A stretch of 64,000 nucleotides of DNA from Cyanophyceae cyanobacterium (GTDB lineage Bacteria > Cyanobacteriota > Cyanobacteriia > Cyanobacteriales > JBHJGN01), in the NCBI GenBank assembly GCA_050331735.1, contig JBHJGN010000046.1:19424-83423 (forward strand), in the 5' to 3' direction. Both the position numbers and the translations under genes were made by a program. A model generated the notes under the pieces. It saw only the letters and a program-made list of their open reading frames with translations, had not been told where the DNA came from and did not search any database. Below are positions 20,763 to 31,912 of this stretch, one piece after another (position 1 is the stretch's first letter; each line of letters opens with the position of its first letter).

Positions 20763-21140
20763 TTATGTGGAGCGACTCCCAATAATCAAAACCAGCCTTG
20801 CGACTAACCAAGCTAGCAGCGCGTAAACCAGCATAGCTACCAAAGCATTCACCTCTAGCGTTTGCCCAGAGTCGAGGTTAGGGGGACCAAAAAGATTAGC
20901 AAACGGAGCCACAAAGGGCGCGGAAAGACTATAAATCACTTGAGCAAAAGTGTTTTCTGGATTAGCTCCAAACAGACGTAACAAAACCCGCAACAGCAGC
21001 AGAATTTCTAAAGCCCCAGTGAGGTAGTAAATAATGCTGACAATCCGCATCACTATAGAGTTCTGTCTAATGGCTGCTTGGCGGCGCTCCTCGCTTTGAA
21101 GGCGCAGTTCTTCGTCGCGTTGATGAGGATCTCTGGTCAT
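20763..21140 (-). CDS. YggT family membrane protein
   Basis: LRLFGANP.N.F...IY.LSAPFVAPF pattern. Confidence 0.8.
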   Translation of the reverse strand: MTRDPHQRDEELRLQSEERRQAAIRQNSIVMRIVSIIYYLTGALEILLLLRVLLRLFGANPENTFAQVIYSLSAPFVAPFANLFGPPNLDSGQTLEVNALVAMLVYALLAWLVARLVLIIGSRST

Positions 21141-21360
21141 GTTATTCTCCTTAATTGCTGTTTAATTTGGCGTTGCTGATTGGTAATGATTAGGGTGGAT
21201 AGTTGTTAGTCGTTAGTCGTTAACCGTTGATTCAAAACCAATTTAGTCTATGCTGTCATTAAGATTGGCAGAAATGCCTTTAACTCAACGTGATGAAGAG
21301 GTTGAGTTAATCCTAAGCTGGCTTGAATGGGTTTTTAAAATACAGAATACAATGAAGCGC

Positions 21361-21873
21361 TCAAGCTTCTTTAGATTCCAAAACGCTAATTGGGTTTGTA
21401 AATAGCGTTGAATTAGGAATCAATACCTTTTGCTGGTCTGCCTGCAAGACGGTATACCGGAGGTTGATCTCGGTAACGATGCCTTCAAACCCGGAAACAG
21501 CAATGCGGTCCTGACGCTGAAATGGGCGATAGAACAGAATGAGGACTCCAGCAAGGAGATTAGAAAGCACATCTCGACAAGCATACCCTAACGCAAAGCC
21601 CGTTAGCCCTAGACTGGCAACTAACGCCGAAACATCTATTCCGACTGTACCAAGTGCTGTAATCGCTCCAAAAATAAGGATGCTGGTGGAAGCAGCCTGC
21701 TGAATGAGCTTGATGATATCGATATCGAGACGGCTTCTGAGACTAAAGCGACGGATCAAAGATTTAACAATGATGCTCGCTAACCAAAAAGCCAGAAAAA
21801 CGACGAGGCTAACGGCAAGCTTGGGTAAGAACAGGAGGAGCTGTTCGAGCAGTTGATGAGAGACATCTTCCAT
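21361..21873 (-). CDS. Small-conductance mechanosensitive channel (short MscS)
   Basis: GFALGYA.RD.LSN..AG, RPF..D.I and IPN motifs. Confidence 0.88.
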   Translation of the reverse strand: MEDVSHQLLEQLLLFLPKLAVSLVVFLAFWLASIIVKSLIRRFSLRSRLDIDIIKLIQQAASTSILIFGAITALGTVGIDVSALVASLGLTGFALGYACRDVLSNLLAGVLILFYRPFQRQDRIAVSGFEGIVTEINLRYTVLQADQQKVLIPNSTLFTNPISVLESKEA

Positions 21874-21969
21874 GTTGAGACAAGTATGCTTCTGGCGGTA
21901 ATTTAGATTGAGTGGACTTGTTATCCAATTTATAGTAAAGGACAAGTCTGCTTCAGAAGCAGATTGGCG

Positions 21970-22126
21970 GCGATCGCTCTCCTATCCTGCCATCAGCGAT
22001 CGCCTCATCAGCTTTCCTACAGGCGATCGCTCTTCCTCACTTCACAATCGGCGATCATTTTTATAAAACTCACCAACTTTGGCTGGAGGCGATCGCCAAC
22101 GAAAGCTGAAGGGAGTGGGCGATCGC
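21970..22126. repeat. Dense HIP1 cluster
   Basis: Five perfect GCGATCGC copies plus one GGCGATC variant in about 160 bp. Confidence 0.85.
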
Positions 22127-22172
22127 TCATTCTGTCAACTCGCTCCACAGAATCAGAGAACAAATCTAACAC

Positions 22173-22266
22173 TCTTTCCCTTTCCCCTTTCCCCGTCCCG
22201 TAGGGACATTTTCCCCGTTCCGCAGGAACTATTTCCCCTTTTTCCCGCGCCTTTGGCGCTATTTTT
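22173..22266. repeat. Mini-hairpin/TTCCCC repeat, copy B
   Basis: GTCCC-GTA-GGGAC, GTTCC-GCA-GGAAC and GCGCC-TTT-GGCGC, each preceded by TT(T)CCC(C). Confidence 0.8.
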
Positions 22267-22345
22267 TCGCCTCCGCTGATCGTTTTTTGAAAAAACTGGG
22301 CAGTCTATACGAGTAAACACGGAACTGTTTAACTCTAAATTGGCT

Positions 22346-22705
22346 ATGTCTGCAAAGAAAAGGCTGCAAAAGTTCATTATCTTTCTTTCTGCACTTTCGT
22401 TTTTGGGTTCGACGGGGTATTCGCTGGCGCAGATGTTGCGGCAGGGGATGCAGCCGTTGGAAGAAACTGCACCGGAGGAGAATTTGTTGCCGTTGCAGCA
22501 GGCACAGGGCTATGAACGTGTGCTGGAACGGGAACCGAATAATGTGGTGGCGTTGCAAGGATTGGTGAAGTTGCGGTTGCAGATGGAGGATTTTGAGGGA
22601 GTTGTGGCACCGCTAGAGAAGTTGGTGAAGCTGGAGCCGCAGGAGGAGGAGTATCAGGCGATTTTGGCTTCGGTGCAGGAAATGTTGGAGGAAGGCGAAG
22701 ATTAA
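22346..22705 (+). CDS. Membrane-anchored TPR protein
   Basis: N-terminal hydrophobic helix; GYERVLEREPNN.ALQGL TPR pattern. Confidence 0.85.
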   Translation: MSAKKRLQKFIIFLSALSFLGSTGYSLAQMLRQGMQPLEETAPEENLLPLQQAQGYERVLEREPNNVVALQGLVKLRLQMEDFEGVVAPLEKLVKLEPQEEEYQAILASVQEMLEEGED

Positions 22706-22854
22706 TAGGTAGAAGTTGGTGAAACTGTAAGCTAAAGAACAGGTTACAAAACTTATTTGGACTCGTTAGGAAAACTGGTGGTATGTGGATAAAACAGACG
22801 TTTTATTTTGGATAAAAAGATAAGTAGGGCTTGCAAATTTTCAAGGAATAACAG

Positions 22855-25800
22855 ATGAATGAAAAAAGCAAATTTGTTGTTTATACAGTTTTAACTGGCT
22901 ATCAAGAAAACATCAGAAATCCCTTTCCTGCAAAATCCATTGGTTATGAAAGAATTTGTTTTACAGATAATCCGGAATTAAGATCAGAAAATTGGTCAGT
23001 TATATACATAGATACACACCATTTAAAAGAAGCAAGAGAGTCTCGACGACCAAAGTTACTGCCACATCGTTTTTTGCCAGATTTTGAATACAGTTTGTAC
23101 ATAGATAATACTGTTGAATTTAAAACTGATCCCTTAGATATTTTTAATAAATATACAAGACTGGATTCTTCACTGATTTGCTTTAAACATCCTTGGCGTG
23201 ACTGCATATATGAAGAAGGTGAAGTTGTAATTCAATCAGGGATAGATGATGAATACAGGGTTAGAGAACAATTAGACTTATATTATTCACAAGGTTTTCC
23301 TAAACACAGTGGATTAATTGCAGGAACAGTCTTATTACGCAAACACTCAGATCCCAAATTGATAAGTTTGACAGAAGAATGGTTTGAGCATGTGCTAAGT
23401 TTTTCCAAAAGAGATCAAATTTCTTTTCCTTTTGTTGCATGGCATAGAAAGTTCAATTACTCAACATTTGATGAGTCATTACTATCTAATTCAATGATCG
23501 ATTGGTTAGCACCTAAAAGAAGTTTTAGAAGAATACCACAAGATTTTAAAGACAAGGTTTATTTGTGGTTAAATCCAGAAGTTGTAGCTTCTAATATGTC
23601 GCCAAGAAAACATTATTTAGAAATAGGTGCTGCAAAGAGGTTGCCTTATCGGAAGTATACATGGGAGCTTGAAATACTTGCAAATAAATATAAAACTGAC
23701 AAAGGGAATCTTTATTATAATTGTCATGGTTATGCTTCAGTTTATCAGAAATATCTTTCTAAACACAAAAAAACTAATATAAATTTACTAGAAATAGGTC
23801 TTCTCAGGCATGACGTTCAAAAGCGAAAGCCAGGTGGCCCTTACAATGATGTGCCTAGCTTAAAGATGTGGAGGGAGTATTTTCCTAAAGCGTTTATTTT
23901 AGGCTTTGATATTGCTGATTTCTCTGAATGTGTACCGCCAGAAAATGTTAAAATTATACGCGGCGATATGGGTAAAATATCCGATCTTGATGCTTTAGTT
24001 CAAGAAAGCCCAGGAAAATTCGATATTATTATCGATGATGCTAGTCACGCATCTCATCATCAACAAATAGCATTAGGATATTTGTTTAAGCATCTTCAAG
24101 AAGGTGGATTTTACATCATCGAAGATCTACATTATCAACCTGCCGATATAGAACACCCAAATATAAAAAAAACTATAGATATTCTTAAATCTCTTGAAAG
24201 AGGAATTTTAGATGAAACTAAGTTTTTAGACTTTGAAGCATTAAAATATATTCAAGACAATATTGATTTTATTCATTTTTATGACAGCCAGGATCGGCAG
24301 TTTGGTCAAATTCATAATGATGCTCTTGCAATAATAAAGAAAAAAAACATTTCTTTAAAAAAAGAAACTAAAAATTATAGTCAGTTTACAACTAAATACT
24401 TAGCACAACAGTTTTATATGCAAAATCTACGAATTGATTTAGGATGTGGCGCTAATAAAGATGAGTGTTTTATAGGTGTAGATATTCGTCCAGTTCCAGG
24501 AGTAGATATTGTTGCCGATTTATGTAAAAAGTTTCCATTTAAAGATAATAGCGTGGACGAAATTAAAGCACACGACATTATCGAACACCTTCCAGATAGA
24601 ATTCACACGATGAATGAGATCTGGAGAGTTTGCAAGCATGATTCAAAAGTTGATATTCTCGTACCGTCTACAGATGGCAGAGGAGCTTTTCAAGATCCTA
24701 CCCATGTAAGTTTTTGGAATATCAACTCTTTTAAGTACTATTGCGTTGAGTTCCCTAAGTATCTAGAACTATGTCAAAGCTATGGATTTAAAGGAGCATT
24801 TAGAATTGAAAGTTTAGAGCATATAGAGTCAAATGATAAAGTAATTCATGTTAAAGCACAACTTTCTGTAGTAAAATCAGCAGACAACAAAATAGATAAT
24901 GCTGCCACACATGCAGGGATAGAATTGCTAGGCGTAGAAAATAAGTCAAAAAAAATTGTAGAAAAAAACATTAATTTAAATAGTAAAATTGGAAAAGACT
25001 TAGACTGTATTCTTTCTCCTCAAATTTTTCAGAAAATTGGAGAAGTAGATCGGCATTTTTGCCACATGCAGCAATGTATTAATAGTATTCACACTTCTAT
25101 TCTAGGAAATCTTGATTCCTCATACTGGCAGCACATAGTTACTGAATTTACTACTCGCGCGAACCTTATTTATTCATATTTCGCTAAAGCAAATCTTAAA
25201 GATATTTACGTCAAGCGTGCTGAGATAATAGAATTTTTCTTAAAGCACCAGGGACATCAAGTCGATTCCGAATTTTCCCAGAAACCACAGGCACGAAAAA
25301 AACTTCGCTTAGGTATTCTCTCAGCACATTTTACCCCTACCGCAGAAACTTTTGCGTCACTTCCTGTCTACGAATACATTAGCAGAGATTTTGAAGTAAT
25401 TCTATACTCGCTCAAGCAAACTATTCATCCTTTGGAAGAATACTGTAAAAGTTGCGCTAACTCCTTCAAACTCTTACCAGGAAACCTGAAAGACCAAGTT
25501 AATTCAATTCGAGCTGACGATCTAGATATATTATTCATTGCTACCAACGTTACGGCTGTAACTAATCCAATCTGTCTGCTCGCTATACACAGACTCGCTA
25601 GAGTACAGGTTACGAGCGTAGCATCCGTTGTAACAACCGGAATACGAAATATTGATTACTATATTTCTGGTCAACTGACAGATCCTTTATCAGAAGCACA
25701 GCAACACTATCAAGAGAAATTAATTAAGCTTGAGGGAACCGCTCACTGCTTTAGCTACGGTTCAGAACAAGGTAACGCAACGATAAAAGTTACTAGAAAT

Positions 25801-26865
25801 AGTTTAGGCATTTCTGAAGAAGCTATCGTTTTCATCTCTGGCGCTAACTTCTTCAAAATCATCCCTGAACTTGTTCACACCTGGGCAAAAGTTCTTGCTA
25901 CCATTCCTCAATCAATTTTAGTCCTTTTGCCCTTTGGACCAAACTGGTCGAATACTTATCCTAAAGAGCTTTTCAGCAATCACGTTAGTCAAGTACTGTC
26001 TGACTATGGAGTAGCAGCAGATCGACTAAAAATTCTAGATCCTCAGCCAGTACCGAATCGTTACGATCTCAAAGAGTATTATAAAATCGCAGATGTATAT
26101 CTAGACTCTTTCCCCTTCTCTGGAACGACCTCATTGCTAGAACCGCTAGAAGTCGGTTTACCAATTGTTTCTAAACAAGGAACCTATCTTCGCTCTGCAA
26201 TGGGAGCTGCACTTTTGCGATCGCTACAAATCCCCGATCTCATCGCCGATAGTGAAGAAGCATATATGCAATTAGCGATCGCCCTCGGAACTAACCCAGA
26301 ACTACGCCAGCAAAAGAGTGAACAGATCAAGCAAGCAATGCAGAATAATCCCAGCTTCTTAGATAGTCGCTCCTACTCTGCCAAAATGGGAGCTGTTTTC
26401 CAAGAACTCTTCCATAAATACCAGACAGATGCTCTAGCCAAACAACTCAACCTCAGAGACACTAACCTCATCATCTTTCCCAACTGGTCAGCCCCCGAAG
26501 CGGATCTCGGCTTAGAACTACAGCAAGTCGTCAAAGCGATCGCCCTCCACCCCAACCCCAGCACTCTCACTCTCCTTGTAGACACCACCGACATCTCTGA
26601 AGAAGATGCCAATCTCTTCCTATCTGGCATCGCCATGAACCTAATGATGGAGGAAGACATTGAAGTATCGGATGACGTGCAGATCTCTTTAACTGGAAAA
26701 CTCAGTACTCCTCAATGGCAAACCCTGCTCCCCCACTTCCAGGGACGAATTGCCCTCGAACATGAAGACCAAGCAGCCATTCAGCAAGCCGCCGCCGAGT
26801 CTTTATCAGTTTATGCTCTCGACAGTTTTAACCAGTTACTCGGCGATCCTTTAACTCCAGCTTAA
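22855..26865 (+). CDS. Multidomain protein: DUF616 glycosyltransferase, two class I SAM methyltransferases, GT41 (HMW1C/SPINDLY-like) domain and C-terminal domain
   Basis: VYT...CFTD...PKLLPH...RDQISF; LLEIG...DIIIDDASH; IDLGCG...QDPTH; DVYLDSFPFSGTTS. Confidence 0.85.
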   Translation: MNEKSKFVVYTVLTGYQENIRNPFPAKSIGYERICFTDNPELRSENWSVIYIDTHHLKEARESRRPKLLPHRFLPDFEYSLYIDNTVEFKTDPLDIFNKYTRLDSSLICFKHPWRDCIYEEGEVVIQSGIDDEYRVREQLDLYYSQGFPKHSGLIAGTVLLRKHSDPKLISLTEEWFEHVLSFSKRDQISFPFVAWHRKFNYSTFDESLLSNSMIDWLAPKRSFRRIPQDFKDKVYLWLNPEVVASNMSPRKHYLEIGAAKRLPYRKYTWELEILANKYKTDKGNLYYNCHGYASVYQKYLSKHKKTNINLLEIGLLRHDVQKRKPGGPYNDVPSLKMWREYFPKAFILGFDIADFSECVPPENVKIIRGDMGKISDLDALVQESPGKFDIIIDDASHASHHQQIALGYLFKHLQEGGFYIIEDLHYQPADIEHPNIKKTIDILKSLERGILDETKFLDFEALKYIQDNIDFIHFYDSQDRQFGQIHNDALAIIKKKNISLKKETKNYSQFTTKYLAQQFYMQNLRIDLGCGANKDECFIGVDIRPVPGVDIVADLCKKFPFKDNSVDEIKAHDIIEHLPDRIHTMNEIWRVCKHDSKVDILVPSTDGRGAFQDPTHVSFWNINSFKYYCVEFPKYLELCQSYGFKGAFRIESLEHIESNDKVIHVKAQLSVVKSADNKIDNAATHAGIELLGVENKSKKIVEKNINLNSKIGKDLDCILSPQIFQKIGEVDRHFCHMQQCINSIHTSILGNLDSSYWQHIVTEFTTRANLIYSYFAKANLKDIYVKRAEIIEFFLKHQGHQVDSEFSQKPQARKKLRLGILSAHFTPTAETFASLPVYEYISRDFEVILYSLKQTIHPLEEYCKSCANSFKLLPGNLKDQVNSIRADDLDILFIATNVTAVTNPICLLAIHRLARVQVTSVASVVTTGIRNIDYYISGQLTDPLSEAQQHYQEKLIKLEGTAHCFSYGSEQGNATIKVTRNSLGISEEAIVFISGANFFKIIPELVHTWAKVLATIPQSILVLLPFGPNWSNTYPKELFSNHVSQVLSDYGVAADRLKILDPQPVPNRYDLKEYYKIADVYLDSFPFSGTTSLLEPLEVGLPIVSKQGTYLRSAMGAALLRSLQIPDLIADSEEAYMQLAIALGTNPELRQQKSEQIKQAMQNNPSFLDSRSYSAKMGAVFQELFHKYQTDALAKQLNLRDTNLIIFPNWSAPEADLGLELQQVVKAIALHPNPSTLTLLVDTTDISEEDANLFLSGIAMNLMMEEDIEVSDDVQISLTGKLSTPQWQTLLPHFQGRIALEHEDQAAIQQAAAESLSVYALDSFNQLLGDPLTPA

Positions 26866-26970
26866 AAACCAGACAGTCGATCGCCCTTTAACAATAGGGC
26901 AGAACTTAACTAGCGATCGCTACTGATTTCTAGCCAACTTTACTCCACACCGTAGTTCGATACGCAAAAT

Positions 26971-28494
26971 TCATTCAATTGAGTCGCGGTGACGATAACG
27001 GCGGTAATAGAGAGCAAGAATTTGCTCGGTCACAGCTTGAATGTTTAAATCATCCGTATTGATTTCAACGGCATCGGCAGCTTTTCGCAGCGGGGAAAGG
27101 GACCGACGACTATCTAACTGGTCGCGTCGTTCAATCTCTTGCTGAAGCTGCGCTAGGTCAACTTCCGGTAGCTCCTCGGCACGGCGCTTGGCTCTTTCGG
27201 CGGCTGAAGCAGTTAGAAAAATCTTCAACTCCGCCTGGGGAAAAACGTTGGTGCCAATATCTCTGCCCTCGGCAACAATGCCGCCGTTTTGGCCGATCTC
27301 TCGCTGCTGTTTGACTAACTTTCGGCGAACGGCGGCTTGGGCGGAGACGGCTGAAACGTTGGCCGTTACTTTTGGCGAGCGAATTTTGTCCGTCACATTT
27401 TCCCCATTGACCTTAACCTGAACGGGTTCTGAGAAAGAATCTGCCGGGACCACATCTATTTGAATGTCCTCAACTTGTTCAGCGATCGCCACCGCATCCT
27501 CGACATCAATGCCAGAGCGCAGCACCAGCCAGGTGACGGCGCGATACATAGCTCCTGTATCTAGGTACAGTAACCCCAACTGATGGGCGACTTGACGCGC
27601 CACCGTTGATTTTCCCGCTCCGGCTGGACCGTCAATAGTAATAATGGGCTCGCGGTGCTGCAACACGACGTTATCAATCAAGCGCGTCGAACCGACCGTG
27701 CAGGCGATCGCCAATAGTCCGGCTTGCTCGATGCTAGTGAGCGGTTCTAAGGTGTCAGGATGAACTAACTCAATGTATTCTACCTCAACCCCCGATTCTG
27801 CCATTAAAGTCTGCTGAACAATTCCTAATAATTCAGCGCTCTTTCTCTCCCCGCGTTCAAATTCCGCTTGCGCTCTTTCTAAGCTGCGAGACAGAGACAA
27901 CGCCTGCTGCTGCTCTTGGGCCGAGAGATACTGATTGCGCGAACTGAGAGCGAGTCCGGCTTCTTCTCGGACAATGGGACAGGTGCGAATCTCTACCGGG
28001 AGCTTGAGATCGGCCACCATGCGCCGCACAATCGCGACCTGCTGAGCATCTTTCGCTCCAAAATAAGCCACATCTGGCTGCACAATATTGAGCAATTTAC
28101 TAACCACCGTAGCCACTCCCTGAAAGTGTTTGGGACGATGGGGACCGCAAAGAACAGCTAGCATGGACGCTGGCGGGACGACGACTGTCGATTCTTCTCC
28201 TCCCATTTCTGCACTGCTGGGAGCAAACACCGCATCAACGCCTATTTGCTCGCATACCCGGCAGTCTTGATTTAGCTGACGAGGATATTTATCAAAGTCC
28301 TCTTCAGGACTAAACTGAAGCGGATTGACAAAAATACTAACGATAATAAGATTACTTTCAGCAACCGCCCGCTTGATTAAGCTCACATGACCATTATGTA
28401 AAGCTCCCATCGTCGGCACTAGGGCAATCTTCTGGTTGGGTTGCTGGCGTTCTAAATAAGTCCGGAGTCCAGCAACTGTTTTAAGTAGACGCAC
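26971..28494 (-). CDS. panC/cmk: Bifunctional pantoate--beta-alanine ligase / cytidylate kinase
   Basis: PTMGALHNGH and RLIDN, followed by IDGPAGAGKST. Confidence 0.97.
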   Translation of the reverse strand: MRLLKTVAGLRTYLERQQPNQKIALVPTMGALHNGHVSLIKRAVAESNLIIVSIFVNPLQFSPEEDFDKYPRQLNQDCRVCEQIGVDAVFAPSSAEMGGEESTVVVPPASMLAVLCGPHRPKHFQGVATVVSKLLNIVQPDVAYFGAKDAQQVAIVRRMVADLKLPVEIRTCPIVREEAGLALSSRNQYLSAQEQQQALSLSRSLERAQAEFERGERKSAELLGIVQQTLMAESGVEVEYIELVHPDTLEPLTSIEQAGLLAIACTVGSTRLIDNVVLQHREPIITIDGPAGAGKSTVARQVAHQLGLLYLDTGAMYRAVTWLVLRSGIDVEDAVAIAEQVEDIQIDVVPADSFSEPVQVKVNGENVTDKIRSPKVTANVSAVSAQAAVRRKLVKQQREIGQNGGIVAEGRDIGTNVFPQAELKIFLTASAAERAKRRAEELPEVDLAQLQQEIERRDQLDSRRSLSPLRKAADAVEINTDDLNIQAVTEQILALYYRRYRHRDSIE

Positions 28495-28529
28495 TCTTAA
28501 CCTCCCGATCAGGCGAGTCAGGGTAGAGG

Positions 28530-28680
28530 AAGCGCCTCCGGCGCGGGAAAGGGGTAAGTGCCGTAGGCACGGGGAAAGGGACTCAACAGCGATCAGTTAA
28601 ATGAACTAGTCTGGTCACTGCTCACTGTTCATTGTTTCCCCTTTTCCCATCCCGAACCCTTTCCCTGTCCCCAAGGACTA
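28530..28680. repeat. Mini-hairpin/GGGAAA repeat, copy C, with heptamer STRR
   Basis: GCGCC-TCC-GGCGC and GTGCC-GTA-GGCAC followed by GGG; CTGGTCA/CTGCTCA/CTGTTCA heptamers. Confidence 0.75.
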
Positions 28681-28714
28681 TTCTAGACAACCACCATAAG
28701 CGCTGGTCACTGCT

Positions 28715-29248
28715 TTAGCGTCCTAACACTTCTATCTGCACGGGAGCAATTCCACTCCGCACTAGGCCAATGGCTCTGGCGGCAGCAGCGGATAAATCAA
28801 TCACTCGCCCACCAACAAAGGGCCCCCTGTCGTTAATGCGAACAATAACCGAGCGACCTGTATGGGAATTGGTGACTCGGACTTTGGTGCCGAAGGGCAG
28901 GCTACGATGAGCTGCGGTGAGAGCGTTCTGATTAAATATTTCTCCATTCGCGGTACGCCGACCGTGAAAACCAGGGCCATACCAAGAGGCCATTCCGCCG
29001 CCTCCTTTGACCATCTGAAGCAGTTGAGGCTTTAGGTTCGGTTTTTGGACACTAGGAGCCGATTTTTGAAGCTTATCCTGAGCGATTACTGTTGAATCTG
29101 ATGTCACGATGTTAGCGTGACTTAGCTGACGAGCAAAGTTCGGTTTCACAGCAACTGCCTTTGTCAACGATTCAGAAACAGAGAGAGCAGTTCCGAAAGC
29201 AGCAGTCAGGACAGCAGTAGAAAGGTTTCTCAAAAATTGCTTCTTCAT
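28715..29248 (-). CDS. rlpA: Septal ring lytic transglycosylase RlpA family
   Basis: [20 protein letters not shown] and RINDRGPF. Confidence 0.95.
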   Translation of the reverse strand: MKKQFLRNLSTAVLTAAFGTALSVSESLTKAVAVKPNFARQLSHANIVTSDSTVIAQDKLQKSAPSVQKPNLKPQLLQMVKGGGGMASWYGPGFHGRRTANGEIFNQNALTAAHRSLPFGTKVRVTNSHTGRSVIVRINDRGPFVGGRVIDLSAAAARAIGLVRSGIAPVQIEVLGR

Positions 29249-29557
29249 AAACTCATTACTTTGAATTTGACTTTCAACAATGTCAAGTGTTTCTCTTAAT
29301 GGGTGTTAGTGACTTTGCGTTGGTTAAGCTGACACAGACTATCACGAATTTCACATTTTAGGAATCGTCACCTACTGGACAGTTCTCCCAAAGTTTATTA
29401 AAGCTTTTAATAAAGTATTGACAAATTAGACTAGAAAAGCTAAGAGGTAATTTTACTGAAGAGAGGAAAGACCCAGAGAGATGTTTCTCCGTTGGAGAAC
29501 CATTGGTGGGGCGAAGAATAAGCTAGGATACTGGCGAACAACGCTGAGATTGAGCGG

Positions 29558-30583
29558 ATGGATTATCAAGAAGCAGGCGTAGATGTTGAGGCTGGGCGAA
29601 ATTTTGTGGAGCAAATTCGCGCCCACGTACAGAGTACCTATCGACCTGGGGTTTTAGGGGGACTGGGGGGGTTTGGGGGGTATTTTCAATTACCCTCTGG
29701 CTACACCGAACCGGTGCTGGTTTCTGGAACGGATGGCGTGGGCACGAAGCTCAAAGTTGCTCAGGAACTGAACCGCCACGGAACGATTGGCATTGACTTA
29801 GTGGCCATGTGCGTCAACGATGTTCTCACCTCGGGGGCAGAACCGTTATTTTTTCTCGACTACCTAGCAACCGGAAAGCTTAATCCGGCTCAACTCCCTG
29901 AGGTCGTGGCGGGAATCGCTGAGGGGTGTCAACTCAGCGGCTGCGCTCTGGTTGGAGGAGAAACGGCTGAAATGCCGGGCTTCTACCAGTCAGGAGAGTA
30001 CGACCTGGCTGGTTTTTGTGTCGGAGTGGTGGAAAAAAGCCAGCTCCTCGACGGGTCGAAAGTCACAGTTGGAGATGTGGCGATCGCACTGGCAAGTCAT
30101 GGAGTACATAGTAATGGCTTCAGCCTGATTCGGAAAATTGTGGAGAGTCGAGGACTAGACTGGAGCTGCTGTCCTCCGTCTCTAGGCGGTCAAAGCTTAG
30201 GTGAAGTGCTGCTTACCCCAACAGCTATCTACGTTAAGCCTGTTTTAGAGGCTCTCAGGTCAGGGATGGAAGTTCACGGCATGGCTCATATTACGGGGGG
30301 AGGACTCCCAGAAAATTTGCCCCGCTGCCTCAAACAGGAACAAGCGATCACGATCGAGCGCGGAAGCTGGCCAGTGCCCCCGATCTTTGACTGGATCGCT
30401 GAGACGGGGAAAGTGGGCGATCGCGCTCTGTTTGAAACTTTTAACATGGGGTTAGGCTTCGTGCTGCTCGTCCCGCCTGAGCAGGCCCAGTCAAGCCTAG
30501 ACTGGTTCGAGTTACAAAATATTCAAGCTTACCTAATTGGCAAGGTGACTGACGGGAAGAGGACCGTAAGCGGACTACCGTAA
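29558..30583 (+). CDS. purM: Phosphoribosylformylglycinamidine cyclo-ligase
   Basis: [16 protein letters not shown] and HSNGFS. Confidence 0.98.
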   Translation: MDYQEAGVDVEAGRNFVEQIRAHVQSTYRPGVLGGLGGFGGYFQLPSGYTEPVLVSGTDGVGTKLKVAQELNRHGTIGIDLVAMCVNDVLTSGAEPLFFLDYLATGKLNPAQLPEVVAGIAEGCQLSGCALVGGETAEMPGFYQSGEYDLAGFCVGVVEKSQLLDGSKVTVGDVAIALASHGVHSNGFSLIRKIVESRGLDWSCCPPSLGGQSLGEVLLTPTAIYVKPVLEALRSGMEVHGMAHITGGGLPENLPRCLKQEQAITIERGSWPVPPIFDWIAETGKVGDRALFETFNMGLGFVLLVPPEQAQSSLDWFELQNIQAYLIGKVTDGKRTVSGLP

Positions 30584-30764
30584 CCGCTCATTGATTAAAA
30601 TATCTAATCTTGCTACAAAATTGCCAAATTGCTGGCATTTAAATTTTTAACTTCTGAAATAAGGAAAATGTATCTTAGGGAAGAAGACAGCAGTCAGTCA
30701 CTTGCTTGGCAACGAAAAAAGGTGAGCTAATGCCAGTACCAGTAGCTGAGAAATGAAAATCAAT

Positions 30765-31678
30765 TTATGTGAAAATTGGTGCTTTCATTTCACTTTTATT
30801 CACTGCTCCTAAGGATTTGAGAGTGTGTTTTTGAGCCTCCGTTAAACCGATCGCGCCAGTAATGTTCATCCCCTCGTAAAGCCGGGGAACTCTTAGCGTC
30901 TTGATGCATTCCCCCGTCTTTACCACCCAGAGTTTCATCGTTTCGTCTTTACTGCCGCTGGCAATAATGTCACCGCTAGGACTGAAAGCAACAGCATTAA
31001 CAGTATCACTGTGTCCCCGGAAAATTTTCAAGCATTGTCCAGTGTGCACATCCCACATTTGAATCGTTGGCTCCTGAGAGGAGGCATAAACAAGTATACG
31101 TCCACAAGGACTGAAGCAAAGCGAGCTAAATTTTCCTAAGTGGTCTGTAAAGTCCTGTACGCATTCCCCTGTGGTTACGTCCCATAGTCTAATCTTGGCA
31201 TCCTCGTGAGAGCTAGCGAGCCAGCGTCCTTGAGGACGGAACGCAACACACCAGATACCCCCCGCCTTAACGCACAGAGTCCGCTGGCATTGACCCGTGT
31301 TCACCTCCCACACTTTAGTAGTTTGATCGGAACTGCCGCTGGCTAATCTTTGACCGTCAGGACTGAAAGCGACTGAGAATCCCCAACTAGTATGCCCTTG
31401 AAGCGATCGCAGCACTTTGCCACTGCTCACGTACCACAGCTTCACGCCGAACTCCTCATCTCTAAGTGCCCAAATCTGTCCATTGGGACTAAAGGCACCC
31501 CATTGAGGTCGAGAACAAATTGGTACAGTCTTGTCACACTTTCCGGAACTAACATTCCAAAGTTTTGCCATCGTATCTGTACTGCAACTAGCTAAGGTTT
31601 GACTCGTCTCTGATGACTGGTTCACGCCGAGAGGACTGAAGCTAACCGACCAGACGGAACTGTGATGACCCTGTATTT
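30765..31678 (-). pseudogene. C-terminal WD40 fragment of an NB-ARC/NACHT-WD40-type protein
   Basis: WD repeats ending [27 protein letters not shown]; frame continues upstream ([15 protein letters not shown]) and begins mid-repeat. Confidence 0.75.
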
Positions 31679-31696
31679 GAGTACATTGACCCTCGT

Positions 31697-31792
31697 TATT
31701 TAGTTGAGTTCATAGATTTCGAGGGTCGCGAATATGCAATGGCTGTATTGCAAGCTGATGAGGTTTTAGCTCTGTATTATGAGTTAAGTTGA
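31697..31792 (+). pseudogene. DUF4926-like 3' fragment
   Basis: Manual translation [31 protein letters not shown]; no start codon. Confidence 0.65.
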
Positions 31793-31912
31793 GTGAGCTA
31801 ACATCAAAAAGCTTCTAGCACCGTTTAGCATTTTGTCATTGCTTCTTTGTAAGTGTTTTAGAACCAAAAAATTCAGCGAGCGCTTGGCTATGAATATTAC
31901 GTAAATCACGCA

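Noticed and set aside
21964..22610. Several short overlapping ORFs
   Set aside because: Arise from HIP1 and TTCCCC repeats or are antisense to the TPR gene
26971..28494. panC/cmk fusion as a novelty
   Set aside because: Well-known standard arrangement in cyanobacteria
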